DNA from: Pseudomonadota bacterium
Lineage (GTDB): Bacteria; Bdellovibrionota; Bdellovibrionia; Bdellovibrionales; Bdellovibrionaceae
DNA: 64,000 nucleotides
Direction: 5' to 3'
Assembly (NCBI GenBank): GCA_041178425.1
Contig: JBEGVH010000030.1
Span: 32,001-96,000, forward strand
Shown: positions 62,139 through 64,000 of the stretch, piece after piece
Numbering within the stretch: the stretch's first letter is position 1
Layout of the letters: the number at the start of each line of letters is the position of its first letter
Position numbers and translations under genes: made by a program
Notes under the pieces: generated by a model
What the model saw: only the letters and a program-made list of their open reading frames with translations
Told to the model about the DNA's origin: nothing
The model's database searches: none

Positions 62139-62810
62139 TCAATCCATTGGTGGAGGGGGGGGAGGTGGTGGCTGAAAGCCAGGGTCTATGTCATCAAATC
62201 CACCACCCTCGGGCATTGGAGGAGGCGGCGGTGGCGGTGGAATATCATCACCGAAATCAGGAATCTCTTCAACAGGGGGCGGGATATAGGGAGGAATAGC
62301 TCCTCCACCATAGCCGCCACCGAATCCTCCACCCGTAGAGGAGGCTTTGCTGCCAAGAAGCTTTCTTTTATTATAGGGAACGCGATTCGCTTCGGAATTT
62401 TCCAGCCCATATTCCCTAATTTCAAACGCCAGCGCTTTTTTATCCCTGGCAAAATTTTTCTTTTGTAGACGTTCAACCGTGGCAGCCTTCTCTTGGCTCA
62501 TTCGCCATTCCCACTTTTGCAAAAGATACTCATCGTAGGCAGGAGTGTCTTCGGGCTTCACTCTTTTTTGACTGGCTTTCTGTTTGAGAAACTCTTCTAA
62601 TTCTTTTTCTCTTTGCTGCTTGGCTTTTTTTCTGTCGTCGAGCAATTGATTGAGGCCATTATCTCGCTGATCCTCATACCTTTCTTGAATGAGCTCGAAC
62701 TCATCGAAGGACTTTATTTTTTCCCGTAGAGATTGGGCATCGGTCACTTCTTGCCCCAATGCCAATCGACTCGTTAAAATCGTGAAACAAAGCCAAAACA
62801 CCAACTTCAT
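62139..62810 (-). CDS. Hypothetical exported coiled-coil protein with acidic polyproline tail
   Basis: Signal peptide, charged helix, Gly linker, two P8 runs. Confidence 0.75.
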   Translation of the reverse strand: MKLVFWLCFTILTSRLALGQEVTDAQSLREKIKSFDEFELIQERYEDQRDNGLNQLLDDRKKAKQQREKELEEFLKQKASQKRVKPEDTPAYDEYLLQKWEWRMSQEKAATVERLQKKNFARDKKALAFEIREYGLENSEANRVPYNKRKLLGSKASSTGGGFGGGYGGGAIPPYIPPPVEEIPDFGDDIPPPPPPPPMPEGGGFDDIDPGFQPPPPPPPPMD

Positions 62811-62923
62811 AATAACTCATAATTTATCATCAATTGGCGCTTATCGTCGAGTCCATAACCGTATAAAACTTCGACAAAACCTACAACTTAGCCTGGACTT
62901 TTATCTATTTGTGGCCCAAGGGC

Positions 62924-62950
62924 TAAATACGACATATTTAGTTCCGATAC
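62924..62950 (+). promoter_or_regulatory. FliA-type promoter for the PAS-Hpt kinase gene
   Basis: TAAA-N15-TCCGATAC followed by SD AGGAG. Confidence 0.65.
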
Positions 62951-62972
62951 TTATCATAGGAGACCTAAGAAC

Positions 62973-64000
62973 ATGGATTACAGCGTATTTGACATGCTTC
63001 TAGAGCCTGTATTCGTATTGAACGAAAAAGGTGCTGTTTTATACTTGAACTCGGCAGCGTCTCAGATGACGGGCTTATCAGAAAGAAAGTTTTTGAAAGC
63101 TTCTCACTTTCTCGATGTAGTAAAGTTGAGCGCTGAATTGCCCGAACTGATGAAGCTAAAAAATTCCTCTGAGGCTATCCCCTACCGCGAGCTCGACTTC
63201 GCCGTCGAAAACGGAAAAAATGGAAGAGTGCAAATTGGTCTCGTTCCAAAAAAAGACCACGAGACTATTCACTGGATTATGTACTTTCGTGACGTGACCC
63301 TTGAGAACACCTTGCACCAAAAATACAAAGGGGAACTAGAGCAAAAAGAGATTTACACTCGACAACTGGAGCAGGCGCACAAGGAGCTGGGAAAGTATTC
63401 AGAGGGACTCGAAAAAATGGTCGATGAGCGCACTCGCGAACTGCAAAATTTGAATACAACGATGAGGGCTCTCCTTGATTCTCTTGATCAAGGCTTTTTT
63501 ATTTTTGATAAAAACGGACAGTGCCTTAATGTTTATTCCAAATCCTGTGAGTTCCTCTTGGGAGAAACTCCTGCTGACCTTCCTTTTTGGGAAGCTATCA
63601 AGGCCGACAAACAAGATTATGGACTCATCAAAAAATGGATTGCTAACATCTTTTCCCAAGCTCTTCCATTTAGCTCTCTCGTTCCACTCGGACCCGAAAA
63701 AGTCAATTCTTCGCAGGCGAGAAGTATTTCACTCAATTATTATCCCATTATCGATAGCAATCAGACCATCGAAGCCGTGGTGGTGGTAGCCACAGATCGC
63801 ACCGATTTGGTCGCTGCGGAAAAGGCCGCCGAAAGAGAAAAAGCGTACAGTCAAATGATCATCAATGTGATCAGACGAAAAAAAGAAATCACTCGCTTTA
63901 TTTTTGATGTGCAAAAACTCTTGGGAGAATTAAGCGAATCCATTGAGAATCATTACAAATTTCAGATCCAAACAGCTCTCCGCTGTCTTCATACTATCAA
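62973..64000 (+). CDS. PAS-PAS-Hpt (CheA-like) sensor kinase, truncated by window edge; absent from the ORF track
   Basis: Manual translation: MDYSVFDMLLEPVFVLN...YLNSAA, FRDVT, LEKMVDERTREL, LLDSLDQGFFIFD, ATDRT, RCLHTI (start of the Hpt His motif); no stop before the edge. Confidence 0.85.
   Translation, partial: MDYSVFDMLLEPVFVLNEKGAVLYLNSAASQMTGLSERKFLKASHFLDVVKLSAELPELMKLKNSSEAIPYRELDFAVENGKNGRVQIGLVPKKDHETIHWIMYFRDVTLENTLHQKYKGELEQKEIYTRQLEQAHKELGKYSEGLEKMVDERTRELQNLNTTMRALLDSLDQGFFIFDKNGQCLNVYSKSCEFLLGETPADLPFWEAIKADKQDYGLIKKWIANIFSQALPFSSLVPLGPEKVNSSQARSISLNYYPIIDSNQTIEAVVVVATDRTDLVAAEKAAEREKAYSQMIINVIRRKKEITRFIFDVQKLLGELSESIENHYKFQIQTALRCLHTI

Overview
Chromosomal window from a Bdellovibrionota-like (predatory, deltaproteobacterial-type) bacterium. 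The assignment is inferred from gene content: a one-operon Agl-Glt cluster, a large RCC1 lipoprotein, a CHASE2 cyclase/FecR/TPR-barrel module and FliA-type promoters. Most of the window is housekeeping: rsmD-coaD-aminotransferase, pepA, clpP-clpX-lon, tRNA-Val, engB-kdsB-pyrG-kdsD//kdsC-[Agl-Glt]-lptC-lptB-rpoN, an ABC-F ATPase, polA and metF-metH. The most unusual part is a ~2.7 kb opposite-strand insert between kdsD and kdsC, bounded by an 8-bp direct repeat. It carries a ~150-nt rod-like RNA with two mutually exclusive helices, then a secreted precursor whose last 48 residues include 23 Tyr and 6 Trp, then a three-way-junction RNA, then a secreted subtilase with almost no propeptide. This is a candidate secreted-peptide maturation system. 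Second is an orphan circularly permuted ATP-grasp ligase with a signal peptide and a sigma54 promoter. I saw no CRISPR array, transposase, integrase or rRNA. All calls come from reading motifs by eye; no searches or folding programs were run.
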